Both the position numbers and the translations under genes were made by a program. The notes under the pieces are model-generated. The model worked only from the letters and a program-made list of their open reading frames with translations. It made no database searches and was not told where the DNA came from. Below are positions 43,939 to 53,310 of a DNA stretch of 64,000 nt, piece by piece (position 1 is the first letter of the stretch; every line of letters starts with the position of its first letter). The stretch is taken from positions 998-64,997 of the forward strand of contig CAMZBI010000006.1 in assembly GCA_947304585.1 (NCBI GenBank). The letters are read 5' to 3'. Origin of the DNA: an uncultured Clostridia bacterium. Its GTDB lineage: Bacteria; Bacillota; Clostridia; UBA1212.

Positions 43939-45378
43939 ATGAAAAAAATGTTGGCTTTAATCACTGCGATCCTGCTGGTGTTCTGCCTGGCTGTTGCCTG
44001 CGTAAACGAAAACACCCCCGATCCCACTGAGGCCCCCGCAAACAACACCGAAGCGCCTGATGATACAGATAAAAAATCCGAAGGCGTTATGACTTATGCA
44101 GAGTACCTTGCCGCACCTGTGGATTCACAGGTAGTGGTCGAGACCTACGTCCAGGATCATCAGTCCTGGTGGGATAACAAGATCACCGTTTACACACAGG
44201 ACAAGGACGGCGCTTACTTCCTTTACGAGATGCAGTGCTCCGAGGAAGATGCCGCAAAGCTCGTGCCCGGAACAAAGATCAAAGTTACAGGCACCAAAGC
44301 GGAGTGGTCCGGCGAGATCGAGATATCCGACGCCACCTTCGAGTTTGAAGAGGGCAGTTACATTGCCGAGCCTGTGGACGTGACAAATCTTCTCGGGACC
44401 GCTGAACTTGAAGGCATGATGAACAGAAAAGTTTCCTTCAAGGGACTTGTGATCGAGACCTCTTCCGCCGAGAGCGATATCGCTTTCATGTACAAATGGA
44501 ACAATTCCGGCGAGCGGGGCGACGACCTTTACTTCAACGTTTCCCTTAACGGAAAGCTTTACACCTTCACCGTGGAGTCCTACCTGAGAGGCAAGGACAC
44601 TGACGTTTACAAGGCTGTGGAAGGGCTCAAGATCGGCGACGTGGTCGACATGGAAGGTTTCCTCTACTGGTACAACGGAGTCAACCCCCACATCACAGGC
44701 GTTACTGTTAAAGGCAGCGTCAACGCAAAATCCGAGGGCGTTATGACTTACGCCCAGTATGCTGCGGCAGCTATTGACGCTCCCGTTACGGTTGAAGCTT
44801 ACGTTCAGGATCACCAGTCCTGGTGGGATAATAAGATCACCGTTTATGCAGCCGATGCCGACGGCGGTTATTTCTTCTACAACATGGCCTGCGAAGAGGC
44901 TGATGCGGCAAAGCTTGTTCCCGGAACAAAGATCAAAGTCACCGGCACAAAAGCTGAATGGTCCGGCGAAGTTGAGATCGCCGACGCGACCTTTGAGATT
45001 GTCGAGGGCAGCTACGTCGCTCCCGCCCTTGACGTCACTTCTCTTATGGGCAAGGACTCTTTGGTTGACAGGATCAACAGAAAAGTTTCCTTCAAAGGCG
45101 CCGAAGTGGTCGCATCCAACGTCAAAGACGACACCAATGATTACGCTTTCATGTACAAGTGGAACAACTCCGGCGAGCGGGGCGACGACCTGTACTTCAA
45201 CGTCAAGATCGGTGAGAACGTTTACACCTTCACAGTTGAGTCCTACCTGAGAGGACAGGACACGGACGTATACAAGGCTGTCGAAGCTCTTAAGATCGGC
45301 GACGTTATCGACCTGGAAGGTTTCTTGTACTGGTACGAATCGGCCAATCCCCATATCACTTCTGTAACTGTTAAATAA
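43939..45378 (+). CDS. Lipoprotein made of two ~218-aa repeats, probable OB folds
   Basis: Lipobox AVAC; repeats start at 44074 and 44728 (KSEGVMTYA...NPHIT.VTVK). Confidence 0.85.
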   Translation: MKKMLALITAILLVFCLAVACVNENTPDPTEAPANNTEAPDDTDKKSEGVMTYAEYLAAPVDSQVVVETYVQDHQSWWDNKITVYTQDKDGAYFLYEMQCSEEDAAKLVPGTKIKVTGTKAEWSGEIEISDATFEFEEGSYIAEPVDVTNLLGTAELEGMMNRKVSFKGLVIETSSAESDIAFMYKWNNSGERGDDLYFNVSLNGKLYTFTVESYLRGKDTDVYKAVEGLKIGDVVDMEGFLYWYNGVNPHITGVTVKGSVNAKSEGVMTYAQYAAAAIDAPVTVEAYVQDHQSWWDNKITVYAADADGGYFFYNMACEEADAAKLVPGTKIKVTGTKAEWSGEVEIADATFEIVEGSYVAPALDVTSLMGKDSLVDRINRKVSFKGAEVVASNVKDDTNDYAFMYKWNNSGERGDDLYFNVKIGENVYTFTVESYLRGQDTDVYKAVEALKIGDVIDLEGFLYWYESANPHITSVTVK

Positions 45379-45393
45379 TTAAATTTTGAACTG

Positions 45394-45428
45394 CCGGCGG
45401 GAAAAATCATTTTTTCCGCCGGATTTTT
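45394..45428 (+). terminator. Intrinsic terminator
   Basis: ccggcggga...ttccgccgg followed by attttt. Confidence 0.65.
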
Positions 45429-45509
45429 CGCTTGTTTTTCACCTGTTCCCCGTAAAGGCGGGCCTTTCGGGAGCAGGGCGAAACCGGTTTCTGTAATATT
45501 TGTCAGACA

Positions 45510-47390
45510 ATGAGTGTTTTCGATATTATTTCATTACTTGGCGGATTGGCGATGTTCCTCTACGGAATGCGCCTGATGAGCAACGGGATCAAGGAAAGCT
45601 CCTCCGGAACTCTGAAAAAGGTCCTTGAAAAAGTCACCAACAATCCCTTTAAAGCATTCCTGCTGGGAGTGCTTGTCACCGCCGTTATCCAGTCCTCCAC
45701 CGCCACAATCGTCATAACTGCCGGCCTTGTGACCGCAGGAGTGATAAAAGTTCGGCAGTCCTGGGGAATCCTTCTGGGAGCAAACGTTGGAACTACGGTA
45801 ACAGGCCAGATGCTCAGGCTTATACAGCTGGATTCCGGTGAGACCTGGTGGCTTGAGTTTTTCCGTCCCTCCACGCTGGCGCCGATAGCCCTTGTCATTG
45901 GCGTCACGTTGCTCATTTTTCTTAAATTCAAGAATTCCGATATCACGGGCACCATACTCATCGGTTTCGGAATACTGTTTTCGGGTCTGCTCAATATGTC
46001 GGCCGCCGTCGATAATCTGAAGAGCACCGACGTTTTCACAAATCTTTTTGTTAACCTTGGCAACAACCCCTTCCTGGGATATCTCTCCGGCGCAGCGGTG
46101 GCCTTCATCCTGCAAAGCTCCTCGGCAACCATCGGCATACTCCAGGCCCTTTCCACCTCCGGACAGCTGGCCTTCAGCGCCATAACACCGATCATCGTTG
46201 GCGTGTATCTTGGCGACAGCGTGACAACATTTATCGTCTGCTTCATCGGAACAAAGGCCGACGCCAAACGGGTGGGCATGACCAACCTGCTGTTCAATTT
46301 TCTGAAAACGATCCTCGTCATCGCGGGCGTAGTTACCGCCAAACTGACGGGACTGCTGAACGCTCTGTGGGATACAACAGCCGACCCGGGCATTATCGCC
46401 AATACAAACATGATCTTTAATGCCTCCTGCGCACTTCTGGCACTTCCCTTCGGCGGGCTTCTGATAAAACTTGCCTACCTTATAATCAAGGACGACAAGG
46501 TAAAGAAGGGCAAATACGACGAGAAGCTGGATGCGATGAACCCTGCCTTTTTCTCAACGCCGGCCCTTGCCTTTAAGAGCTGCTACGACGTACTTGTGGC
46601 CATGTTCCGTGCCGCCAAGGAGAATATCCACAAAGCGCTGGGTCTTCTTGACATATACGACGACGCCAAGGCAAAGGAAATTGAAGAGGAAGAGGAAAAC
46701 GTGGACGTTATGGCCGACCGGGTCTCAAATTACCTGGTCCAACTGTCGCCCCACATCACTGCGGATCTCCACGCCAGGATCCTTGACGAATATTACAAGG
46801 TGGTTACCGAATTCGAACGCCTCTCCGACCACTCCATGAACATAAAAGAGGTCGCAGCAGACCTCCACGCCAACAACACCGCCTTCTCCGCCGACGCAAA
46901 GCAGGAAATTGAGGTTTTGAAAGATGCGATCTTCGCGATCCTCGATCTCTCTCAGCTCGCTTTTGAAAAGAGGGACGAAGTGGCCGCCAAGCGGATCGAA
47001 CCCCTGGAAGAAGTTGTGGACGACCTGGTGAACGCACTGAAGGAAAACCACCTCGCAAGGCTTAGGGCAGGGCGCTGCAACGTCTACATGGACACCGGCT
47101 TCTCCAACCTCATGTCAGACCTGGAAAGGATCTCCGACGTCTGCTCCAACATAGGCGTGGCAACGGTGGTCAGAACAGAGACAAAGCTGGAGGTCAACTC
47201 CCACGACTACATCTCCAAGCTCCACTCCGGCCGTGACGAAAACTTCAACGCCGAGTACAACGAGAGACACACCGAATTCTTCGAAAGGTTGGCGGCCATT
47301 TCTGCGCCTTCAACTCCGCCCGCCGGTGATCCCTCGGCGCCAATAGAGCTCCCGGACGGGTCTTCAGACGGCTCTTCGGATGGCGAGTGA
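45510..47390 (+). CDS. Na/Pi cotransporter family protein with PhoU-like C-terminus
   Basis: GGLAMFLYGM, duplicated QSS(T/S)AT, GANVGTT, ERLSDH / ERISD. Confidence 0.93.
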   Translation: MSVFDIISLLGGLAMFLYGMRLMSNGIKESSSGTLKKVLEKVTNNPFKAFLLGVLVTAVIQSSTATIVITAGLVTAGVIKVRQSWGILLGANVGTTVTGQMLRLIQLDSGETWWLEFFRPSTLAPIALVIGVTLLIFLKFKNSDITGTILIGFGILFSGLLNMSAAVDNLKSTDVFTNLFVNLGNNPFLGYLSGAAVAFILQSSSATIGILQALSTSGQLAFSAITPIIVGVYLGDSVTTFIVCFIGTKADAKRVGMTNLLFNFLKTILVIAGVVTAKLTGLLNALWDTTADPGIIANTNMIFNASCALLALPFGGLLIKLAYLIIKDDKVKKGKYDEKLDAMNPAFFSTPALAFKSCYDVLVAMFRAAKENIHKALGLLDIYDDAKAKEIEEEEENVDVMADRVSNYLVQLSPHITADLHARILDEYYKVVTEFERLSDHSMNIKEVAADLHANNTAFSADAKQEIEVLKDAIFAILDLSQLAFEKRDEVAAKRIEPLEEVVDDLVNALKENHLARLRAGRCNVYMDTGFSNLMSDLERISDVCSNIGVATVVRTETKLEVNSHDYISKLHSGRDENFNAEYNERHTEFFERLAAISAPSTPPAGDPSAPIELPDGSSDGSSDGE

Positions 47391-47549
47391 ACGACTTGTT
47401 TAACCGCCAATGGGACTGGCTGCATGCATTATTATCTGCCGGTGAAGGCAGGGTCAGGAGGCATCAGGAAGGAAGATCACAGAGCTAAATAGCCGCGATG
47501 AAGCCTGTTTAGAGTTCCCGCGGGAAATCCCCAACAGGCAAGAAACCTG

Positions 47550-47578
47550 TTGACAGGGTCAGTCGATTTTGTTATACT
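47550..47578 (+). promoter_or_regulatory. Promoter of tRNA-His
   Basis: TTGACA-17-TATACT with TG extension. Confidence 0.75.
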
Positions 47579-47589
47579 CTCAAAGCCGT

Positions 47590-47667
47590 GGTGGCTATAG
47601 CTCAGTTGGTTAGAGTACCAGGTTGTGGCCCTGGGGGTCGTGGGTTCGAGTCCCACTAGCCACCCCA
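47590..47667 (+). tRNA. tRNA-His (GUG) with encoded G-1 and CCA
   Basis: G-GTGGCTA/TAGCCAC-C acceptor, AGCTCAGTTGG D arm, CCAGG-TTGTGGC-CCTGG anticodon arm, GTTCGAG T loop. Confidence 0.97.
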
Positions 47668-47703
47668 CGAAAAAAGACTCCTTCGAGGGGTCTTTTTTCG
47701 TGG
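47665..47703 (+). terminator. Terminator hairpin after tRNA-His
   Basis: ccacgaaaaaagactcc-ttcga-ggggtcttttttcgtgg. Confidence 0.75.
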
Positions 47704-47720
47704 TGGAGCAAGCAAAGAAA

Positions 47721-48019
47721 GGGGCCCCCGGAAGTGCTTGCACTTTTGGGGAGGAGGAGCCGCAACGGCGGAAATGGAGTCTTTCAAGGGATAACAATAA
47801 GATCTTCTTGGAAGACGGAATCGTCGGCGTTCGCGGCGACGAGAACCCGAGAGGGTCGAGGCGTTAAGCAAATCATCCGGTGGATGATTTGCAGCCGAGA
47901 TCGTGAAAGAAAGAGGGGCCCCCGCAAAGTCGTCATATACATTAAATATGGGGTCCCCGTAAAATCGTTAGATTTTGCGGGGAAGAGGAGCCACAGCGAC
48001 GCAAACGGAGACTTTCAAG
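47721..48019 (+). repeat. Cluster of related palindromic REP/MITE-like units
   Basis: GGGG(C/T)CCCCG..hairpin..GGGGA(G/A)GAGGAGCC..GGAG(T/A)CTTTCAAG at 47721-47788 and 47950-48019; partial copy 47915-47932. Confidence 0.7.
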
Positions 48020-48404
48020 AGAGAAAGAGAGGAAGTTTCTTGAAAGTCGGAGTCCACGTTGCTTGCGGCGACGACGAACAGCGCCGGATGCAAGCAACGC
48101 GCCGCAGAATGGCGAGTACCACCAGCCGGACAAAGCGAAATGAACTAAGCTTTTCTTGTTTTTTCTATAGGGCGGCTTGTTTGGCGTGACGGGAAACCAC
48201 TGAAGAAGGGCTTTGCAAACGTTTTGCACGATCCAAACATTTGGCGCATCCTATTCTTACAAATTGTTGCAATTTATCCACAACTAAACCATTCGTTGCA
48301 AAATTCTACCAAATCGCAACGCCAAAGTTATTGCCTTGGCGGCAAAACAAAGGTATCATTACATCAGAACGAGCGCCCGTTACTTTTCAAAAGGAGTGGT
48401 AAAA

Positions 48405-49484
48405 ATGGAATTCAGCTTTGGAAAGAAACTTAAAGAACTGCGGTTCTCAAAAAACGTTACCCAGGAGGAACTTGCGAGGCATCTCGTGATATCGGCCCAG
48501 GCGGTCAGCAAATGGGAGCGGGGGACGGGGTACCCGGACATCATGATGTTGCCGCGTATTGCAGCGTTTTTCGACGTTTCCGTTGATGAGCTTCTTGGCA
48601 CCGGTGAAGAGATCAGGCTCAGGAAGATCGAGCGGTGGAAGGAGGAATCCCTTGGCTATCTTCACGCGGGAAAGCTCGAAAAGGATTACGAACTTTGGAA
48701 AAGTGCATACGGCGAGTACCCGAACGAACCGGACGTTGTCGAATACTATATGCATGCTTTGTTCAGGCACAGACGTTTCGACGATGACCCTTCAATAACA
48801 GAGAAAGTCATTGAGCTTGGAGAGTGGCTGCTTCAAAAAGCACCTGACACAGGTAAACGTGATTCCGCCAGGCAGATGCTGGTTTTTATGAACAATGAAC
48901 TTGGCAATACAGAAAAGGCCAGAGCATATGCGGAAGAGGCTTCCTCCATGATCACAAGCAGCGAATTCCTTCTTGGCCATGTTCTCGAGGGAGAAGAACG
49001 GATCGAGCATTGCCAATATCTGATATTGGAGCTTATAACAGAAGGAGCGGAGGAGATCAACAGGATTGCCGACAATTATCCCCACGATGAGGCCATCGAG
49101 ATCTGGAAATACGTTATCGGACTGTATAAAGGGCTGTTTCACCGGGGCGATTTCGGGTTCTATAATTTGCGGATGAGCGAATATTCCGGCAGACTTTCGC
49201 GAAGATATGCCATGGCAGGAGATCGGGAGCTGTGCCTTGAGGAACTGAAGCATTCGGTGGAGTACATCAAAGCCTTTGAGGACTGGACAAAGGGAAGCGA
49301 GATAGTGAAGCACACGTCGCTGCTTTTGAACAGACTTGAAGTGTCAAGAAACTATTTACCGGGCACGGACAAAAAACTTAGCACTCTCACCCTTGCAGAC
49401 CTTGACAGGCCCGTCTACGACACCTACCGCGAGGACCCTGAATTCATACGCATCAGGAAGAAACTTGAAGAAATTGCGGGTTAA
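48405..49484 (+). CDS. XRE-family HTH regulator with helical (TPR-like) C-terminus
   Basis: LKELR...TQEELA...ISAQAVSKWERG..PD; AAGGAG RBS. Confidence 0.88.
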   Translation: MEFSFGKKLKELRFSKNVTQEELARHLVISAQAVSKWERGTGYPDIMMLPRIAAFFDVSVDELLGTGEEIRLRKIERWKEESLGYLHAGKLEKDYELWKSAYGEYPNEPDVVEYYMHALFRHRRFDDDPSITEKVIELGEWLLQKAPDTGKRDSARQMLVFMNNELGNTEKARAYAEEASSMITSSEFLLGHVLEGEERIEHCQYLILELITEGAEEINRIADNYPHDEAIEIWKYVIGLYKGLFHRGDFGFYNLRMSEYSGRLSRRYAMAGDRELCLEELKHSVEYIKAFEDWTKGSEIVKHTSLLLNRLEVSRNYLPGTDKKLSTLTLADLDRPVYDTYREDPEFIRIRKKLEEIAG

Positions 49485-49539
49485 CGCGCCAATATTTTAT
49501 ATATGTCTCATGTTACCTGAGATGGCGCGGAAGTTCTTT

Positions 49540-49568
49540 TTGAAACCGCCTTAAGAAAGTGGTATAAT
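49540..49568 (+). promoter_or_regulatory. SigmaA-like promoter
   Basis: TTGAAA-17-TATAAT with TG extension. Confidence 0.7.
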
Positions 49569-49689
49569 CCATAGACAGAAGACGTGTGGTTTCATCGGTT
49601 AACGCTTTGTTTGAAGTTGAAATTCTGCGTCGAAATACATCCGTAAAACAGTCGCTGCTGCAGCGCTTGATGAAAAAGGAGGATCTATT

Positions 49690-51501
49690 GTGAAGAAAAG
49701 TTTTTCCGCTTTTGCGGCCGTTCTCATAGCCGTTCTGACGTTTTTTTCGTTTTCCGGAGTAGGCGCTTTTGCCGAAGATGACGTTGCAGGGGAAATAACG
49801 TTCTATTCCCAAAACTTTGAAAGCTACGAGGCATCCGCCGGCGCCACCGAGGAGTACGTTTTCAATGACGCCAAGGGCAACAAACCTGCAGGCTTCAACG
49901 AGTTCATCGGAGACGGTGAAAGGAGCGGCGCGATCATCAGTGCGGACAGGATCGGCGGGTCGAAGTCTCTGAGACTCATGCGTTACGACGGCGGCGTTGC
50001 CGATATGCGTATAACGGGGCTCAATCTTGCAGCGCTCGGGGAGGGGTCAAGGATATCCTTCTCGTTCAAGTTTATGTACAAAACCCTGGGAAATTACGGC
50101 TTTTCCGTGCTTCTCGCGGGCATTCCGGAGTCCACCCACGTTGAGGATTACGGCGGAGGCGTCAGAAACATTTTCTCTTCGGGAACCGACGATGCGACCG
50201 GAAAGGACGTTCTCTATGCTGTCAATCTTGAGGGCGGATCCGTTGTGGTGACGGACGAACTCCATGCCGACACCGAGTATACCGTTGAGACCGTCTTTAC
50301 CTCTGGCAGCGATGAGTTTGTCGTCTTTATCAACGGCGAGCGCATTGGCGATTTCAAGTACATCGGAAAAATGACCAATATCACGGCCATCAGATTTGAC
50401 TGCCACGACTGGGCCGAGGAGAACGACATCTCCCGCTCCCAGAAGGGAAGCTGCCACGTCAACGAGGTCTATTTTGACGATATCAGACTTGCTGCTACAC
50501 CGAACGGACAGGCCTCGGAGCAGTCCAATAAACTGTTCAAGTTTAACAGCGAGGACTTTTGCTTCTATGACGATTTCGAGATCATGTTCGCAGGAGACGA
50601 ATACGAGCAGCCCAATGCCGAATCGGACACGTTCACGTATATGGGCGAGCTTCCGTTCCTGCAGTCTTCCGGTTCGCCCTTTGTCAATGCCTTCTCTTAC
50701 GTGATGCCGACGGATACCGACAGCGACTTTGAGGGGATCGCTCTTGCCGCCAAAGATTTTCTGGACATGAGGTTCTGGATGATCCTGGCGCCGGACGATG
50801 CGGAGGCAGATATTCTTGTCTATTTTACGATAAAAGTTAAGGACTTGAAGGGATGCTTTGACCTTTGCGTCACAAACAGGACAGAGGAGGCCACCTCCAC
50901 CGACAGCACGGACAGGGGCGGAATGGTTATAAGACTCGAGCCGCTTCAGGACGGCAAGGTCGCGTTGATGAACGCCGCCCGCCAATACGTTGGCACGATC
51001 GAAAAGGACAAAACGGTCACACTTGGGGCCGGATTCTTTATGGACACGCAGGACTACGTGATCTTCCTTGACGGAGAGATGGTGAAGGGCAGTATGTCGT
51101 ATTACCCGGAAAGTTTTCACGGCGCCAGCGCTCTCCGTTTAGATCTTGAGGGCACCGGAAGCGAGGTCGTATTCGACGACATATCTATAGATTACGGCGA
51201 GCTCGAAGAGATCTCCGGAGAACCTGCAACGGAGGAGCCTGAGTCCACGCCCGAACCCACTGAGCCGGCAACAGAGGAACCGACAGAGGCGCCAACGGAG
51301 GAACCGACGCCAAAGCCTGAGGACGAGCCCACTGCCGCTCCGGAAACCGCTTCCCAGCCTACAGCAGAAGAGCCCCATGAAGATCCCACCGAAGCTCCCA
51401 AGCAGAACAAAGGCTGCGGCGAAATCGTTACGCCGGCAATCGCGGTCATTTTTGCCGGAGTTGCATTGATTCCGATGTCTTGCAGGAAGAAAAAGGGTTG
51501 A
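49690..51501 (+). CDS. Surface protein with two beta-sandwich-like domains, PTE linker and C-terminal anchor
   Basis: Signal peptide (AFA), two related segments ending VYFDDI / VVFDDI, EPT repeats, KGCG-TM-RKKK. Confidence 0.8.
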   Translation: MKKSFSAFAAVLIAVLTFFSFSGVGAFAEDDVAGEITFYSQNFESYEASAGATEEYVFNDAKGNKPAGFNEFIGDGERSGAIISADRIGGSKSLRLMRYDGGVADMRITGLNLAALGEGSRISFSFKFMYKTLGNYGFSVLLAGIPESTHVEDYGGGVRNIFSSGTDDATGKDVLYAVNLEGGSVVVTDELHADTEYTVETVFTSGSDEFVVFINGERIGDFKYIGKMTNITAIRFDCHDWAEENDISRSQKGSCHVNEVYFDDIRLAATPNGQASEQSNKLFKFNSEDFCFYDDFEIMFAGDEYEQPNAESDTFTYMGELPFLQSSGSPFVNAFSYVMPTDTDSDFEGIALAAKDFLDMRFWMILAPDDAEADILVYFTIKVKDLKGCFDLCVTNRTEEATSTDSTDRGGMVIRLEPLQDGKVALMNAARQYVGTIEKDKTVTLGAGFFMDTQDYVIFLDGEMVKGSMSYYPESFHGASALRLDLEGTGSEVVFDDISIDYGELEEISGEPATEEPESTPEPTEPATEEPTEAPTEEPTPKPEDEPTAAPETASQPTAEEPHEDPTEAPKQNKGCGEIVTPAIAVIFAGVALIPMSCRKKKG

Positions 51502-51543
51502 GGGACAGAAGGGCAGTATCTTGAAAAGCATTATATTTAACAC

Positions 51544-51572
51544 GAAAACCACGCAACTCCCGCGTGGTTTTC
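51544..51572. terminator. Probable bidirectional terminator
   Basis: gaaaaccacgc...gcgtggttttc. Confidence 0.65.
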
Positions 51573-51603
51573 TGCAATTGTGATCATGTTATACGTCAAT
51601 TCT

Positions 51604-52344
51604 TCAGTCGTCCGACACAATGTTGACCTCGCCCATCTGGTTCTTGACCCTAATAACGATCGTCCGGGTGGTGTTTTCTCCGTCGGGACGGCAGTTAACG
51701 GCGCCCATCGAAACGTCGGAACTGAGATCCACGTGCCAGCTTCTGGGAATGTGGACCCGGGTCTCGCCCATCTGGTTCACAAGGTTCAGGCTCAGGGTTC
51801 CCTCGGTGTCCCCGGTGTCCGTGTTCTGGTAGAAGACCGTGAGCTCGCCAAGCTGGTTGATCAGGTTGACGCCTGGCTGGGTCGAAGCGTCCACGTAGTA
51901 GATGTGGCTGCCCAACTTGAAATTGACCGGGTCGCTTGAATCCGAACTCCCGTATGTCACGGTTTCCTTGCCCTTTGAGCCGTTCTTGGAGAAAAACTGC
52001 TTCGCCTTCGGCCGAAAAATGATCCACACAGCGGCGTCAAGCAGCACCGCGGCCAAAATTATGTACCAGTTGTTGACAAAATCGGGGCTTTTGCCAATGG
52101 CATTGCCGATCTCCTTCTCAAAGAGCATGAATCCAAGCCCCAGAGGTATGAACAGGCTGAGGCGATTGGCAAGTGTCTTGCTGAAGGCAACCTTTTTTAT
52201 GATCCAGTAGAGCAGGGCCGCGGCCAGGAACCATTTCCACAGCGGGATCGCGAACACCGCAAGCTCAGGCATGAAGGCGTAAAACAGAAGGCCTACGCCG
52301 GCAATCAGTACAAGTATTCCAAATATTATCGCACCGTTTTTCAT
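51604..52344 (-). CDS. LiaF/DUF2154-like membrane protein
   Basis: Four N-terminal TMs; C-terminal repeats NQLGE, NQMGE, VSMGA, IPRSW. Confidence 0.75.
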   Translation of the reverse strand: MKNGAIIFGILVLIAGVGLLFYAFMPELAVFAIPLWKWFLAAALLYWIIKKVAFSKTLANRLSLFIPLGLGFMLFEKEIGNAIGKSPDFVNNWYIILAAVLLDAAVWIIFRPKAKQFFSKNGSKGKETVTYGSSDSSDPVNFKLGSHIYYVDASTQPGVNLINQLGELTVFYQNTDTGDTEGTLSLNLVNQMGETRVHIPRSWHVDLSSDVSMGAVNCRPDGENTTRTIVIRVKNQMGEVNIVSDD

Positions 52345-52856
52345 TTCAGTATCATCCTCATTTCTTCAAGTTTTTCGCGGAAGGGTCTGTAGTACATCCG
52401 CGAGATGTAGACCTGTTTTGGCGTTGTCGCAAAACCGACGCAGCAGGGGCCCGTGAGCTCACGCTTCAGCCAGCTGACCGCCTCAAGGTTCAGAATGCAG
52501 GTCTTCGACACCCGCATAAAGTTCTTCGGCAAGACCTCCTCCAGCTCGTAAAGCTTCATATCCGAGCAGTAGATCCGCTTGGCGGTGTGGGCCGTTACGC
52601 TACCGCCGTCAGTCTCGAAAAAGAGCAGCTCGCCAACGTTCACCAGGTGCTCCTCATCGCCAATGCAAAGGGACAGCTTCCGCAAAGCCGTGCCTGCCCC
52701 GCCTGTCTCGAGCAGCTCCTGCAGTTTAAGAATTTCCGGCGTGAGTTTCCTGCAGCGGATGACCACTTCCTCGGGCCCGTCGGGATCAACTTCGATTTTT
52801 ATTTTTCCGGTTATCCCGTTTAAGGTCGTATCGTTCACTGCCTGAACCTCCGTCAT
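52341..52856 (-). CDS. Stand-alone LytTR DNA-binding regulator
   Basis: LFFET, KLYELEE.LP..F.RVSK..ILN, ISRMYY; no receiver domain. Confidence 0.92.
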   Translation of the reverse strand: MTEVQAVNDTTLNGITGKIKIEVDPDGPEEVVIRCRKLTPEILKLQELLETGGAGTALRKLSLCIGDEEHLVNVGELLFFETDGGSVTAHTAKRIYCSDMKLYELEEVLPKNFMRVSKTCILNLEAVSWLKRELTGPCCVGFATTPKQVYISRMYYRPFREKLEEMRMILK

Positions 52857-52906
52857 TGTCTAAGCGGGCGGTGTCTCTTCGCCGGTTTTGCTGCCGCCCT
52901 GGGATG

Positions 52907-52976
52907 ATTGTAAAAGAGTGCTGTTCTGTTGTCAATACCCTGAGAAGTAAGTGGTAGAAAAGGGGAGGTGAGTGGT
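52907..52976 (-). promoter_or_regulatory. LytTR operon promoter with direct repeats
   Basis: Minus strand ACCACTCAC-N12-ACCACTTAC, then TTGACA-17-TACAAT. Confidence 0.75.
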
Positions 52977-53078
52977 GCGGAGTTGCGGCGCAAAACTCCT
53001 CAGCTCCGCAAGTGATGCGCGCAAGCGTCGTTGCTACGCAGTGCACAAATGATAGATAATAGTGAACAACGAATCTCC

Positions 53079-53107
53079 TTGACAAGCAATGCAGAATCGA
53101 GTACTAT
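53079..53107 (+). promoter_or_regulatory. Promoter of putative antitoxin sRNA
   Basis: TTGACA-17-TACTAT. Confidence 0.65.
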
Positions 53108-53113
53108 ACTAAC

Positions 53114-53198
53114 GAAGGGACACCGATGACGGTTGCTCCAATAGTTTGGTTATGAACTAACCGCCTTATTTGGGTAGCAGGCGGTTAGTTCTTTTTTT
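53114..53198 (+). ncRNA. Putative type I antitoxin sRNA (~85 nt)
   Basis: Promoter upstream, strong terminator plus T7, antisense to 3' UTR of the peptide gene; ends approximate. Confidence 0.6.
53154..53198 (+). terminator. Intrinsic terminator
   Basis: gaactaaccgcct...aggcggttagttc 13-bp stem followed by ttttttt. Confidence 0.85.
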
Positions 53199-53310
53199 AC
53201 TTTTTTATGATTTTTACGATAAGTGTCACAATACTGACTATAAGCGTCAGCATTGCAATCAAGTCCGTAAATGAAACCATGTCAGTTTCGGTGCTTTTGG
53301 TTTTGTTCAT
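53197..53310 (-). CDS. 37-aa hydrophobic peptide, putative type I (holin-like) toxin
   Basis: MNKTKSTETDMVSFTDLIAMLTLIVSIVTLIVKIIKK; AAGGAGG 8 nt upstream; absent from ORF track. Confidence 0.75.
   Translation of the reverse strand: MNKTKSTETDMVSFTDLIAMLTLIVSIVTLIVKIIKK

Noticed and set aside
47477..48229. ORFs overlapping tRNA-His and downstream repeats
   Set aside because: Explained by the tRNA and palindromic repeats; no protein-like features.
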